A DNA stretch of 64,000 nt from Balanoglossus misakiensis. Its lineage: Eukaryota > Animalia > Hemichordata. The stretch covers positions 8,664,844 through 8,728,843 of the forward strand of contig CM082588.2 of assembly GCA_040954595.2 (NCBI GenBank), given 5' to 3'. A program made the position numbers and the translations under genes. The notes beneath the pieces were generated by a model. That model worked only from the letters and a program-made list of their open reading frames with translations, had not been told where the DNA came from and did no database searches. Of this stretch, positions 32,790 to 48,200 are shown one piece after another (position 1 is the stretch's first letter; each line of letters opens with the position of its first letter).

Positions 32790-35700
32790 GCTTATGTCTG
32801 TCTGTCTCTCGCTGTCTCCGTTCATCTGTCTGTCTGTCTTTCTAACAATCTTAGTATCTATCTATCTGTCTGTCTGTCTGTCTGTCTCTCTGTCCCTCTG
32901 TCCATCCGTCCATCCATCAATCCATCCATCCATCCATCCATCCATCCTTCCAACCCAGAAGAAAAAAGAACTCAATGTGAATTGCAAAGTGACTCTTCAA
33001 AGATGGTGAACGCACGTGTGTCCTTGATTTATGTAAAAAACCAGTGGAGCAAAAAAGAGAATACTGCGTATGAAGGCCATTGCATTGTGGTTGGGAAAGT
33101 GATATCACGGAAATGAGTCACTGATTTGCGCTCAATCCTTGTACTATTTTCTGTCTTTGTCAAGACCCTCTTTGCATTCATATGCAAATCTAGAGACCAT
33201 ATCAACATGTTCTTATGCAAATAATTCTGGCATATGAAAAGCAAGGGGCAATATCATTGTTTTTTTATGTACAACAAAAACAAATTGTATAACGTCAAAA
33301 TAATACATACCCACATGTGTGTATAATATAGAATATTTAGATAGCTGTTTAGTATGTGTAAATTGTACAAAGCAGAAAGCAGAGACTTACTGTAAAACAT
33401 GTTATTTTCGCGAGCAATAAATTTTCACAAAATACGTGAGAGCCAAAATAACGTGAAAATAAAAAGTCACGTAAAATTTTTCTCAGAGATAACAATGCAG
33501 TAATGAAATAAGAGAACGCGAAAATTAATTCTCGCGAAACAGTTGCCTCTTTTGATATAGCGAAAATTTCCTGTCACGAAAATAACATGTTTTACAGTAT
33601 TTATGCCTCAAAGACAACAACATACATCTATGTGCATAACTGTAATTTAATTGTCTTATGATTAAAATAGCCGTGAATCAACAAATGAGATATGAAGTGT
33701 ACCGATAGTAATTTCGCATTTGCTTTTTTACAACCTGATATCAAAATTGGTATTGTAGAACTTTAATTTGGGTATTTTTCTTGTCACCTTGTGATTAATT
33801 ATACTAACTTATTTATTTTAAAGGGCCACTATCTGTAACTTCTGTGGGGCTTTCTTTGAGAATTTTTATTTTGTCTATCAAAGGCATTTCCTCGTTCTCC
33901 CTGTTAGGCCAAAAAAATAATATGTGCTGTTCCGATTACATGGTTTTCAAAAATGGGTAGGTAGGTCGGGAAATGTTTTTATTTTGCAATTTTTTAATTT
34001 TATTTCTCTGGCCGCCGTAGTGTAGAAGAATGACGTCATAGTTATTGCGTGATGCGGGCGATTTTGTCATAGTTCTCACGTGATTCATACAATTTTCATA
34101 AATGTTGTATATATGGCATCGTTAGTTTTACTTCCGGGTATACGAAGCTCTAAAAAGCTTAGGGTCGGCGGGTCAAAATTAGGGTAGGTCGGGTAATCGG
34201 AACAGCACATACATTTTTATTTTGGCCTTATTGTTGACAAACACGGTCCAGTCCGGACTTGAATACAAATTTTAAACAATAACAATGTTGCATGTGCACA
34301 CCCATTATTGCACACTTACCCCTGCCTCTGGGGGCTCAACAAGAAACCACATTTGATACACACAGAAATAAAATATTAGAAAACAGCCAAAAGTTACAGA
34401 TAGAGAATTTAACCCTTTACTTTTATCCACTCTGTACAAACACTGTATAGATGATTTCAATTCAAGCTCAATGATAACTGTATTTTCCCATTAGGTCTGT
34501 TTTGAGTGTAAACTACACATTCAACATGTGAAAGGGTCTGTTTGTGTCCCCCAGTTTCTGGTCAAGGCCAAATCAGTGCTTATGGCGGACACCTGTGCAA
34601 TAATGACTGCAAGGTGTTCAAGTAGGAAGATGTCCCAACAATTTTAATTATAATTGCTAATTAATGATTATCACATAACTATGCTAATGTGTTATAATCA
34701 GTGTTTGATGTCCACGAAACCTTCAGCATTAATCCATCTATATTCTCTTTCTCTTGTTTTTTTTAAATTCTAGTCTCTATTAGTTAATTTATTCAATTAC
34801 GAGAATTAATTGATTAATTGCGGTATGTAGAATAAACAAACAACTATCTGCAATGTGTCCCTTAATTTTTTATGACACATTAACGATGTAGAATCTTGTC
34901 TATGACTCAGTGTTTTGTAAATTTAATTTTTTAAATATTATATGTGAAAATTTGAGCTTGATACGAAGTGCGCAATTTCTGCAATTCCTCACAGCAAGTT
35001 TTTAAAATCATTTTTGTTTGCAGACTAACTAATGAAGAAACCACAATGCTGTTTTTTAAAAAGGATGGTACTTCGTAGTTATCATTGAAAGTTCATGATT
35101 GTACCCAAGGATGATATCTTGTAGAAGAAGACAAAAATATCAGAAAGTCTTACCTTTGATGTAATAATACATGATGGTTTTATTTGTGCAGAATATCACA
35201 GTTACCAGATGATCAAATACTGATCAATTACTATGACGACTAAGACACAGTGGCATGAATTTGATCCAGAGCAGATATTTGATACAAGAAACAGAAAAAT
35301 TAATGGTGTAAATAGTGGCCGTCGCTAATCAGGAAGTGACTTAAATGTAACTCATGATGAATAACACCTTTGAGATATTCCACCAGTTTCATTAGTTTTA
35401 TTTCAAACTCAACGACTGAAATTACACACCCTGAGCCATTTTGGCTACCTCCGAAGTGACACAGCGAACAGCGTCTGCTGAAAATAAATTGTCCTGCAGA
35501 AGTCAATGTGTTAAACATGAGCAAAAGTCTTTGGTGTGATGTCACTATCCTGATCTGATTACAGTCATTATTGTAATTGAAATCGTCCGTAAATAGAATG
35601 TGCCAGTTTTGGTGATGTATGTTCCTGTAAGGTTGCAGTTCATTAATTTTAATGGAGCATTCAGCTGTGAGGGTTTTGGCTCTGGGCGTTCCACTTACTG

Positions 35701-38700
35701 TCTTCCAAGGATTCGAATACATTATGGATGCCACCGGACACGGAACTGACAAAATGAATGGCAATCGTTCTCTTGTCTTTGACATTAAAAGACAAATCAA
35801 CTAATTAGACTGAACACGGCTCCTCGCAAATGACTAGTTTTTTCACTCACCCAAAAAATATCTAGAGGCGAAGCACCGTTTTTCTGTCAACGTTGCTCGG
35901 TAGCCGATCCAGAAATACAGTTGGACTGTCAAGAAAGTCATGACAGATTGCGTCATAGTGATGTCCCACAACAGATTTGTGTGGAGAGGTAGCGGGGACT
36001 ATGTTTGGCAGGCACTGCAAGGAAATTTCGTCTTCTGCATTCAGTTGGTCTTGTACACGTTTCATAATCACTATTTCACGTTTCAAATGTGAATCCCACA
36101 ATGCAGTTCATTTGTACTCGATCACCATGATGCATTTCTTCAAATTGAATAGTTGTTCCAGAGAATTTTCCGTTGTGTCTCGATCCAAATTCCTCACGGC
36201 AAAAGAGGGGGTAACCCCTCTACAATACAGGTCCTATAAGACGCAGTTGCTACCAAAGGAAAGTAGGTAAAATGTGTAACTTTTTTCAGTGTGTATTATT
36301 ACAAAGTTTTCAACAAAATGTTTTATTTTGTATCACACTGCATATCAGTGGCAAACAATCCATTGATACTGTTTAGCGGAATAGCCTATTTGTTGGTTAC
36401 TTTTATGTAACTTGTTAAATTGGCAAGGTCTTTGGGAGTAATTCTACATGTTTATGAACGGAAATGTTGCATGTGAAGTTCAGATGTGTCCTCCCTTGAA
36501 AGTGAAATAGTAATCTGGCAAACATGCATCAAAATAGTTTCTATTTTGATAGGCTTTGTTGAAAATATAAATAGTAGGTATTCAAGCCTCAGTAGTGATC
36601 CAACAAGAAACAATAGTTGAGACACTAATAAAATATTGAAAATAGAGACAAATAGTACTAATAATAGAGCTTTAAGGGCCACTAAAAACGACAGGACTTG
36701 ACATGTTTTTAACACTTTTTTTCTCCTTAATTAAATTGCCACCACTTTTAAAGCCAAAATCCTGTACTTATTCGTGACTGCACACATATTGTAAGCTGAC
36801 GATGAAGAAACTTTTGCCCATCATAACCAGTTTACCACCATTACATTGTACACAAGTCAAAATACACGATTGACAACAGTACTGGTTGGGTTAAACCAAT
36901 GTGTGAAGGTTTAGGATAATTCTCTGTTTCTTTCTGCCAACATTGTGTTTTGATTTGCCAAATAAATGTTTTCTGTTTTTATTAACTCGTTATTACATTT
37001 GAGCATGTCATGATTTTCCCATTGAATCATTTCATGTAGGAAACTGGTCTGGTCTGAGTTGGAGTAATTTATAATTTTTATTTCTTCACATAGCTTCGTT
37101 TTCTTTTTTAATTTGCTGGGTAATCCTGAAGTTGCAATCAGTGGCCACCGTGATTAAACTAAAATAACATTGTGACAGGCAAACTCTAAATGGTTCGACT
37201 ATTAAAATCTGGAAGGTCATGAAAATACAAATACACAGTCTGCAAGAGTTTAAACATGACGCTGAATGCTTGGAGCCGAAAACTAAATTAATGAAAATAT
37301 CGAGTCGTGGTTAGCAGTACAGGCTGTCAAAATTGGTTACATGGTTTCTATAGAAGGCACACAATTAGAGGGGCATTGATAAAGTAACAAGGTATATCAT
37401 GATAGATGTACTGATATTTTATCCATTATGCTATATGAACCTAATTGATGTTTGTTTTATTGATTTACCTCGTTCTGTGTGTTTGCACTGTTCCTACCCA
37501 TACTCTGCCTTCAATTGGTGTGTTCTTAACCTTACCGGGGGTGTCACTCCTATTGTGCTTCATCAGTGCTTGGTATACCATGGTGCATTTTACACTCAGG
37601 GCAACAGAGAAGAATCTACCACACAAGGGAACTCACAATGAATTTCAGTCACCTGTATTCTCAAGGCTTACAGAACCTCTGAAATTGGCATATAGCTTGG
37701 TAATCAGTAGTTTCTACCTACCTTAAATAGGTTTTAAGCTACCTAAGTGAGTGATGAAAATCTCATATGGTCGACACAATTTCAAGATGGCCGATTTTTG
37801 CCATGTTTAAGAAATGGGAGTTCATAAACTCAAGTGATGATGGGTCATTCTGAAACTTTTTAACAGAAAAATTAACAAAATGTGAAAAAAAGTTTAATGA
37901 GTTTAATATGCTAACTACAAAGACAGACATGTTTGACCCAAAGAAGTCATGAAATACAGTAAATATATCATTTCTTCTATCTCTTACTACAGTGGGTTGT
38001 CGACTTTTCACCCAGAATGCAATGTGATTTGACCCCTTAGCACAAAGTGAAAACCTACGAATGTGGACCCTCTGCATTGGCCTAGGGGCGATTTTGTTTG
38101 ATCCTGGTAGGAAAGAGGTTCAGGGCAGACTTAAAATTTAGGCCGACACAAATGTGCGTGTGTGGACAAGTTATGTTGGCCTACTTGACTCTTCACAATT
38201 TATTGCTTTTTTCAATCTTGATCAAACCGCATCAGCATAATCAGTTTGTACTGTAATTCATTTAACAAAATATTTAGAGCACACATACTTTTTTGCTGAA
38301 GTGAACATAAACATTAATACCAAAAATGTCAAAAGATAAAGATTGTACTGTCAAGTGTGGGTATACTTCTATGAGATAAGTGCCACTGAGAACGTTCTTT
38401 GTTAAAACGTAGAATGACAGCAGATGTTTGCAGATGGTATGGAACAGAGTCAGCTGGTTCATTCACAGTGGATATATAGTTTTATAAACTATCCCTGATA
38501 TAATTGTCTTGAGACATAGCCTTAAGAAGGTTTAGACTACAGTTATTGCTCAAAGTTTGTGTGTACTGGTAGTTTGTTTAAACGCTGTTACTATTAGGTT
38601 GATACATGGACTCTTGTACAAGCAGCTCAGATTAGGAAATCATAGAGACAAATGTTAAAGCCTCTTTAGAGCTGCCACTTTTTGCATTATTTTCATGATT

Positions 38701-41700
38701 TTATTTTCCGATTTAAATTGGTCCATCTAATCAGCCTCCATATCACACTGCATATCAGTACATATCAGTTTTATTAATGAAAGTAGAATGCACTTAAAAA
38801 TTTAGGACTGCGTTAAAACATGTTCTGACATACATGTAAATAGCTTTGTAATAATCAAATTCCAAATGATACACGATAACAATCGTACTATTGACCATGC
38901 AGGAGTGGCACCCCCTGTACAACTACAGAACCTACATAGTTGAGTCAATAATGTAAGAGAAACGGCAGTTAAACAAATGTTGGTGACTCCAAAAACAGAA
39001 CATTGTTACAATGGAATATGAATTAATCATTGGCACAAGAAATTGATCCAGAGTTCTCGGAAATGTTAGTCCATAATGGCAAGAATAGTTCTGGGTGACA
39101 GTGATGAAGTGGGGCAGTGACTGTTATGGTTACATGAACTCTCTCTGCGTCTCTGCTGTGTTCATAAAAGCGGTGTGTGTGTGCATCATCTGCTCGTTGA
39201 TGGGCAGCGTGGAAAGAGTACAATCACTCTTAATATCCACTACTCTACAGTTACGTCGTATCTCACTGATTTTTCAGCTATAAGTTGCAATCTTACTGGG
39301 CCAGTAAACCAATCAGAAGGCGCCTTATAGAGAACGATAGGTATCCTCGGTGTAGATTGATGTAATATGCAATCTGATTGGCCTAGGTTGAATGGGACCT
39401 GCTGTAGTGTGTGAGGCCACGGCATATGAAAACCGTACTGCGAAGAAAAAGATGTCACCGTACGCAAAATGTAATTTTAATCAGATTGCTATAGTTGGTG
39501 ATTTTATCAAAAACAGCAAGTTCATTCTTAGTTGCAAGAATTAATATGTTTGATAACAAATGCCTTGTATTTATTTTCTCATATGTGTAACTGGACTTGT
39601 TGCAGGTATCACACACTAATGATAAGTTCCAAACCACAAGAAGGATTCTTAATATTAAACAAAGCAAGGTACATTGTAAAAGTCGGATCTCTCTCTCACA
39701 ATTTCAAAATTGCAAAATAAAAAACTTTACCTACCTACCTACCCTATTTTTGAAAACAATGTAATGGGAACAGCACATATTATTTTATTTGGCCGTATCA
39801 GATATTTAGTCATTCTCAAAGGCAGTGTTAACATGACTAGAAGAACCTATGGTATTAAAACAGAGCTTAGACAGTCTTCATGCTTTCTTTGAGAAAGACA
39901 CTGGTTTCACATCTTGATAGACATCCACAAATCTGTCATAAAATTCTGGTGACTGGACAATGCCTGTTTGTATATATTTGACCTGAAAATGGCCTTGAAA
40001 ATTAGTACAGACAAGTTTTGTACATTTTGTGTACGACAGCTAAAAGATTTTGTCAGTTGAAAATCATTCTTGCATTGATATAATCTCGTCAATAGTCCTA
40101 TTTAAAACGCGTATTTTTTTCAACATTGATTAAACAAATGTCCTGAATGTTAAGTATGGAATTATTATGTTTCATCAACATATCTCATCTATTTTATAGC
40201 TGTGTATAAAAACTAATTATAAATACATGTACATGTATGTAGGTATCCCTAGTGGTTTTAAAACATTAACCAAGTATTTATTTGCATGTTAAAATAGACC
40301 TGTGTGAATGAAGGCCTTGGTGATCAGCTATTTGTGGAATTCTAATGAGAGTTTCTTATCAATATTGTGCTGTGATTTTCACATGTCCTGTCACTGACGG
40401 CATTTTTACAGTTTGTTTGTCATTTTTACATTTTATCTTTTGTTATTTGATGTATTTGTTGATTGTGGGTAATTATGATGAATTATCGTTTGTGAAGTTT
40501 TCCAATTTGTTACAATTATTAATAGTATTTACTCATAATGCTCGTTGAATGAAAGTGTCTAATTTGCTTCTATTGCGTCTTGATTCGTACTATTTCATGT
40601 TTAAATGCCGAATGTTAAAATCTGTTGGTTGAGGATAAAAACTTTAGATTGAAAGAAAATGGAATTGTGGTAATTCAGCCTTATTTGCCACCAAAAAGGG
40701 GGTTATTTTTTTTTCTTTCCGAGACTATGTATTTTCATTCACGGGATGAAGTAGTGTGTGGTTGGTGCTTGTTAGATGATAATAGGGGCCCGTAATAGAG
40801 ATAGCTTAGAATGGTGGTGGATGGTTGACATCGCTGTCTGTTTGTGGAAGTGACAGGCATTTCACGTGATAATCACTCCTAGTTTACTCGTGATTGACTG
40901 TCTGATTGGACCTTGAGATGTAGTTGACATCTGCACACTGAGCACATTAGCAAATTCAAAGTGAATTAGACTAACAGAGTGGAAAATCAAGAGCTTGTAT
41001 TCACTAAGTGAATAAATCTGCCGGCCCAATCTGCATTATTAAACAGTTTCCCCAGTGGTGACATTTCCTCGTATTCGGATGTTCTTTTGCCTAAGTGGAG
41101 GGTTGGACCAGCATTAAATTTACATGAAGGCATTGCTAAAACACTCCCCATAATGCGTGGCTTTTTACATTTATTCATCATCTCCTAGCTACCATTAAAC
41201 TTGTTCATGGTGAAAATTCTGTCATGTCAGCAAACATAATCACTTTGTCTGTCAACTGCCTGGTTTTTCAATTTCTATCACATTATTGTCATTCTTTCAC
41301 AGTTCAGATAAAACGTGGACTGGAAACAGAGTTGTCTACTGGTATGTTGGTGTCCTTTTCAAAGTGAGAGAAGAATTTCAGTGAATGTGTCCATGTACAG
41401 TTTTTAGCTTGTAGTTCCAACCAAGCAACCAACTATGTGCATTCCAAGAGTGGGCAGCTCTGAAAATACACATTCACAAATTGACTGCACAATTAATGTT
41501 GCATATTTTGTCACAAATTTCACCACTTGGCATTTTCAAGAAATTCCCTGATATCAAGTAATTTTGGTTTGTAGTCTATTTTCACCTGGGATAAACCTTT
41601 CTTAGAATACGCTAGCTCATTATGTCCCAGTGGGACTGGACTGTGTATGGGTTAAAGGCACATGAGCTGCAACTTTTGGGATTCTTATCATAATTTTTCA

Positions 41701-44700
41701 TTAACAGTACTACCATTAGCCCATAAAGATGTATGCACTGTTACAAGTACATGTGTTATATTAACCCTACGTATGAGTGCATATGCAACACAAAGGAAAA
41801 TGGCCACCTCCCCGAGAAAATGCAAAATACAATGAAAAAAATGAGGTTTTTGCTAATGTTGAGTAAAGTAAACCACACCAAAGTAAAGTTGAGATAATTC
41901 TCACCTTGTTGAAAATATATGGTACGGTCCCATATTTTCACGAAGAGAAATATTTCTTTGAAAAAAATGGAGCATGTTAGATACATCATCACCTGAAGAA
42001 CCTCAGTAGGAGAGCAAGTTGCTGTAAATATTGTCTTTTAAAAGATACGCTGTAGTTTTCTGTTTCTCCCAATGGATCTACACTCTTGGGAGAAATGCTT
42101 TTGGTGAATTGAGTGCAACCATTTGTTAACAAAAAGTTGTGTTCAAATACATGAAATTTCTTACAACACTTTTTTTGTCCAAATGGCATCATGACATTGG
42201 TAAGAGGGTTCAAGGAAGTTTGTATCTGGTTACAATTTGGAAAAAAAAATTGCGGGTCTTTGACAAAGATTTCAATTTTCATACTGCATGCATTAACACC
42301 AGGGGATGGGGGTCACTCTTTGTTAAAGTTGAAAACTCAAATTAATTAAAGCCTCTAGAGCTGCCACTTTTTTGCATTATTTTGCATGTTTTTTTTCCAA
42401 TGATTAAACAATAAGCTTACTGATAAGCATACATGAACATCTCATCGACGCCCGATTGTGGCTGTATGTTGCAATTTGAACATGCTATATATTAAACAGG
42501 TGCCACACCCATTTAATCTGACTCCACAAACTGTATGCAGCTATCGCGGTATGCATCGCCAAGAGATGACAAACTGATGCAAATGCAAGTAATATGGCTT
42601 AATGGTGTGGATTTTAAAGGATAGGGAATTGATTTGAAGTATTTTGTTGTGGGAAAAATGTGAAATTTGGCAGCTCTAGAGCCTTTAAATAACATTAAAA
42701 TGGTAATAAAATCAATGAAATCCACAGTCTGTAAAGTTGAAAGTTTAAAAGACCAAGTGTTACTCGCACCAGACAATAACAAACAAAGCAAACACAAACA
42801 AGACAAAATACTGTATATTGTCAAGTCAAATTGATGATAGACATATTCCGAATACAACAGACTTCATAAACTGTTTCAGGTTCTGCAGTGGCCTAACTGC
42901 TAGTCTATATATCTAGCCGTATTCGTCAGCATTGCTTCCAAAAGTAGTTTTTTGGAAGCAAAGCTGACAAAATATGGCTAGATACTAGATTACCAAATTG
43001 CAAGCCTCTGTGTGTAGTGCCTGTTGCATTCATATACCACAGTCTTTCAGGAATGCTCTAGATCAGCTGCCTGTCTTACTGGCAAACACTATAAAGAACA
43101 AGAAAGCACAGAGCTGTCATCAGAACAGAAACAAGAAAGTTGTCAGCTTTCTTTCAAGTTTACTTGGAGTTTGCCTTCTTTGGTGTGAAAACAACGGTCA
43201 GAATTGAATAAATTATCCTAATGAACTAAATACCTGTTTGGTTTCGACGTCTATTTAGAATAAAGTTTTGAATGTACATGTATCGCATGAAAGAAGTACT
43301 TTTTAAGGTAAATACTTGTCTCTATACTTAATTAGTTATGTTTTTTTTTCTTTTTACCAACATATCCTTATAGTCTCTGGTTGGGTTGTTTTTCAGCCAC
43401 TACAGCTATTACATGTACACTGCCCCCTCCCCCCTAGGGTTTGGAAATAACTTAGTGCTGTGTATTATCAATGAGGCCGTGGTATTTCTATTACAGTTCA
43501 ATGTACTGATCATTTTGGGGAGGATATACAGAGACTGGGACTGACCTAACATGGTAGTTATTGGAATATTTTCCACATCTATTCAGCATTACTTATTACC
43601 CAAGACTTGAATTATTGGAAATAGACTATTCTAGCTGATTTGTGAGTAATTAATAGGCAAGGTGTTAGTCTCCTAGTGTAGTGTGACGCTATTGCAAAAT
43701 TACAGATTTCTTTTAATTTGAAACAACTTTGCGTTCTCTCCATTGAAAGTTTCTGCTGAAAACATGTCATTTCATAAATTCCCTTTCTATCAGTTTGAAA
43801 TATCGGAACAATAACGGTTGTAAATATTTTTACACAGTGTAAAAACTGGCAATTTAAAAGCAGTTCTGTGACTCACTCTGCTTTGCTGGTGTGGGGCCAT
43901 TAGTTTCTCTGCCGCCATACAGTTTTGCTTTCAAAAGAAAGAATTCCTGCCATTTGCGGATATTATGTTGAAAAAATTGACGTGAATAACATTGCAAGTT
44001 GTCAGATTTGAGAATAATTACGAGGCTGTCAAAAACTTGACACAAAAATTGAGAATCCATAATGAAGAGCTGATCAACTAGTGGAAGGGGAAAACTCATT
44101 AGATTTTACTTAATTCATGTAAAGTCCTTTTCAATATTTCCTATTTTGTTAGTTTCTTAGAGAAAGAACAGATCTATCGAGACCAGTTAAACTTTTTCAT
44201 CGTTTAGCTCACATGGGCTTTAATGTTGACGTGACATCTGTCTGTATGTCTGTGTCATTGATGTCTAAAGAATTTGACTTTTTGCATTGATCTGAAATTC
44301 CATTTATGTAGAGGTGCCTCAGACGGCTATCTGCGACCGAAAATGCGAGTCGCACTTCTGTCACAAGTAGCTACGTGCGATTGTCTCAAATGATATCCGT
44401 GACCTGGCCCCTAGGTCTACGAGCATCACAGTTGTACTTGTAGTAGTCCTACTAATGATTTTGTTCCAGAAAGTTTACCTGAGGAGACTGATATCTGCTT
44501 GTGGCCGTCCCCGGGTCGACTTGACCATAGATGTAACCGTTCTGTGTACGATGAATATACGGATATAAATTCATTTCTCCCTACTAGCCCCAAATTTTTG
44601 AAAACTTACGAGTCTATTCAATCTCTGGCAGTTTTCCATGTGGTTTTAATTGTATGGTAATTTATTCACGTCTTCAACAGTCGCAGATAACATGGCAACA

Positions 44701-45261
44701 AAACGCCGAAAGACACGGGAGTGAAGAAAACTCGCCGAAATGAATAATCGGTCTCTACCATTTATTCATTTTAGGTGAGTTTTTACTCTCATATCCTACA
44801 AACGGGATAGAAGTTGTGAGTGGTCGAACGTTGATTCACTATATATCCACATGTAGAATAACATAAATGGTGTCTTGTATCAAACATAATTAATGCAAAA
44901 AGGGTAGCGAGAGAGAGACTTTGTCCCTTTAAGTCAGTTCCGGTTGCATTTTCAACATTGATGGTTGTTGGCTACATGTACAGGAAGTGAAAGTGAACAA
45001 AACCATCAGAATTTGACTCTTTGTGACATCCCATTTGTGTTCTGAAGAGTGAAACACTGGGTTAATGTCCCACTTCAAGACAAGCATATGCTGTCAGCTG
45101 TCAATGGGGTATATAGTTATATGAATAACAATCTGACAGTTTACCCTTCAGAAAAATGTTCTGCAATGTACCCAGACTATACAATACACACTTAAATCAA
45201 AATCAAAAACAAACTGAGTATACGGCATAGAATCACATGAGAAAATGTACGCCCCCCCCCC

Positions 45262-45292
<31 letters not shown>

Positions 45293-48200
45293 ATTTCCAT
45301 ATGGGATTTTTATAACTCAGGCATAACCCTTACATTTTCACATAAGTCGAGTGCATGGTTGTATGTACAAACATGTCAAAACCAGCATGGAATTCATTGC
45401 ATTCTGGGACCACACTGTTTAGACAACAGCATATGAGCGTAGTTTTGTACATTACACACATTACCCATAATCCTCCATAAATTACCAAGGACTGTCTTTA
45501 AAATTATTACCGTACCCGGTAAGTCCCATAAATTTTAGCGATTGATGTTAAAAGCTTTATTTAAAACTTTAACTGTAAATAGATTTTTTATTTATTTGAA
45601 GCTTTGTTGGATTGTTCTGGAGGGTTCTGGTTGAAATATCTCATCAATAAGAAACACTTAAACAGGCTTTTTATCTTTTGATGAAGACTGGAAAGAATCT
45701 CTTGGTTATGATTTGATGAAAGAAGCGCAAAACTAAAATGCGCGGAGTTGAGCTGCCATTGACCGGTTTATGTCTACAGCAATAAGGGATCAAGAGGAGC
45801 TTTCAAATCTACCATGAAAAGCTCCTATTGGATTATCAGAGTGTTGGCCTTGGGAAATGTCCTGCAGTTCTGTTCAAGGTCAACTGACTATACAGAAGTA
45901 TTTTAAGTCTCCATGGATAAATTCACTCTGAGTTTTTTTTGAAAGGAAGTCATAGTATTCCTGTCACCGTGGCAACTCATGATCACCGGCAGTCATCATA
46001 ATCTTTCGTGATTTTTGTAGAAATACAGTGTGTGGGTATATCCCTTTCTATTCAAAAATGGAGGAAAATTCTTCAACGTTGGTGTGATTAGCCACCATTT
46101 GCTATAGTAGGCTTATGAGATCAATTGGCATTTGTGTACTGTAAAACGGGTTATTTTCACGAGAGGACATTTTCGCAATATCAAGAGAGGCAACTGTTAC
46201 GCGACAATTAATTTTCGTATTCTCTTATTTTTTTATTCACTGCATCCTTATCTCCAAAAAACATTTTACACGACTTTTTATTTTCACGTTTTTTGGGGGC
46301 TCTCGCGTATTTCGTAAAAATTTATTGCTCACGAAAAATAACCCGTTTCACAGTATCTCTGTGTGTGCGTGCGTCTCCACTGGAAAAAAAAAATGTATAG
46401 ATGCATGCTGGACTGTGCATAGATGGGATTTTGTTCAAGTACTTTGATCTATGCTTTTTTAGCGAATTTGGATTTTGAGTCCAATTACAATGTGGCGAGT
46501 TTATAATTTAGCTTAGCATCTTAAAGGGAAGCGGTCGTAGCACCGTGTGGGTGTCCCCCTTGATGAGAATATGTCCTCCCATACCAGCACAAACCTCACT
46601 GCAGTCGCCACGACCTACTAGGATCTTCAGTTGCTATCATGCCCCATCTACGCTACGGTTGGCTGCTTCGTTCATTCTAAGAATGATCTAATTTCAGGGA
46701 TTTGTGGATGATTTGTAATGTTTATAAACAAACAAACTACAGATAAAATTTTTAAATCATCAGCATTTTATATTAATGATTTTACATACTTAGTGTAATT
46801 AGCTTAAATAACATGCTAGGTTAAAAAGAAATGTTTTTGGTCGGCCATGAATCCGCCTTCCTTTGGTCATTGTGATCATGTGACCGCATTCAACTTGGAT
46901 CTGCAACAGGTGGTCACTTACCAGTATGCATAAACATTTAGTAATCCAACCAATAGCAGCCATGCATGCCCCCCAAAAGTTCAATAAAATTTATTGGCCA
47001 AATACTTTCCTAGACCAAGGAGATATATGTCAATAGAAACTCCAAAGTTTTATTTATGAATTGGACTTTTGTCATTAATTAGATCTTTAATTCTGAGCTA
47101 AGAATTCTCTGCAGAAACCTACTATACTGTGCACACAACAAGGGTCAAGAATGCAGAATTTACAAAGCTGCTTGAAACCTCGTGTAACCAGATGAGTTGT
47201 GCTAGAACTGACTTAATTACGTTTCATAGCCCAACACCACCAGAAAATGTAACTTCTCAACTATACCCCAAAGTAGAAATGCTTAATCCAAGCATCTATA
47301 TATGTATTGTTGTGCAGTGATGGGTTGTAACTGAAAATGAAATATGTGTGGCCTTGGAAAATATATGAAGTACCCTCTTGTATACTTGAAGTTTTGGTAA
47401 CTCAGTTCTTAACTGGCTAAGAAACTGTTTGGTTTGCAGAGGTGTCTGGTTTATAGAGGTTCTATTCACATGTGGTTCTATGTCAAAGGGACAAGAAAAT
47501 GTGCTCGGTACAACCATGGTTCAGTTTAGACAGGTTTTACTGTACCACAGCAACCTGCCAAGTATTTTTATAATTGAATTCCACAGCTAACTAAACTGTA
47601 TACATATTTTTTCTTAAAAAGACTGGTCATGTCTGATTTCTTCCGAGGTTTTGAACAAAGAAGAGAGTGAAAAAATCCTGTACATGTACATGCTACAGAT
47701 CCTAATATTCAATACAATCCAATCAGCTTTCAAGACTTCTATTTTTCCACTGATTGATTCATTTTCTATGAGATAACAAAAGAGTACGCAAGTGTCACTT
47801 TCAGTTTTGACAGCAAAATATTTATTCCCAACAATTATTAATGGTATCAATTTTTCAGTTCATATCAAATTTAATAATTTCAGGAAGGCTATATTAGAAA
47901 CAGCAGATAATTCACTTACTTAATACTGTTGAGAGTTAACTTTGAGATATTAAATAATTATGGGAAAATGTGTCGATCAAATTTGTAATAAATGTTTTCG
48001 TGTCTTATTAAGGTGATTGTATATTACTTAATATATGGGCCTGGTCCAAAAAAAGTACCTAAAATATCAGTTAAATGTTGGGATTGAAATCAATTTAGAT
48101 GGATTTATGAAACAGTGTGTGTTATAGGTTGAGCATAGCATTCACTATAATTTAACCTTTTTCTGAAAACTCCATCATATCACTAATTAGACCATAGTGA

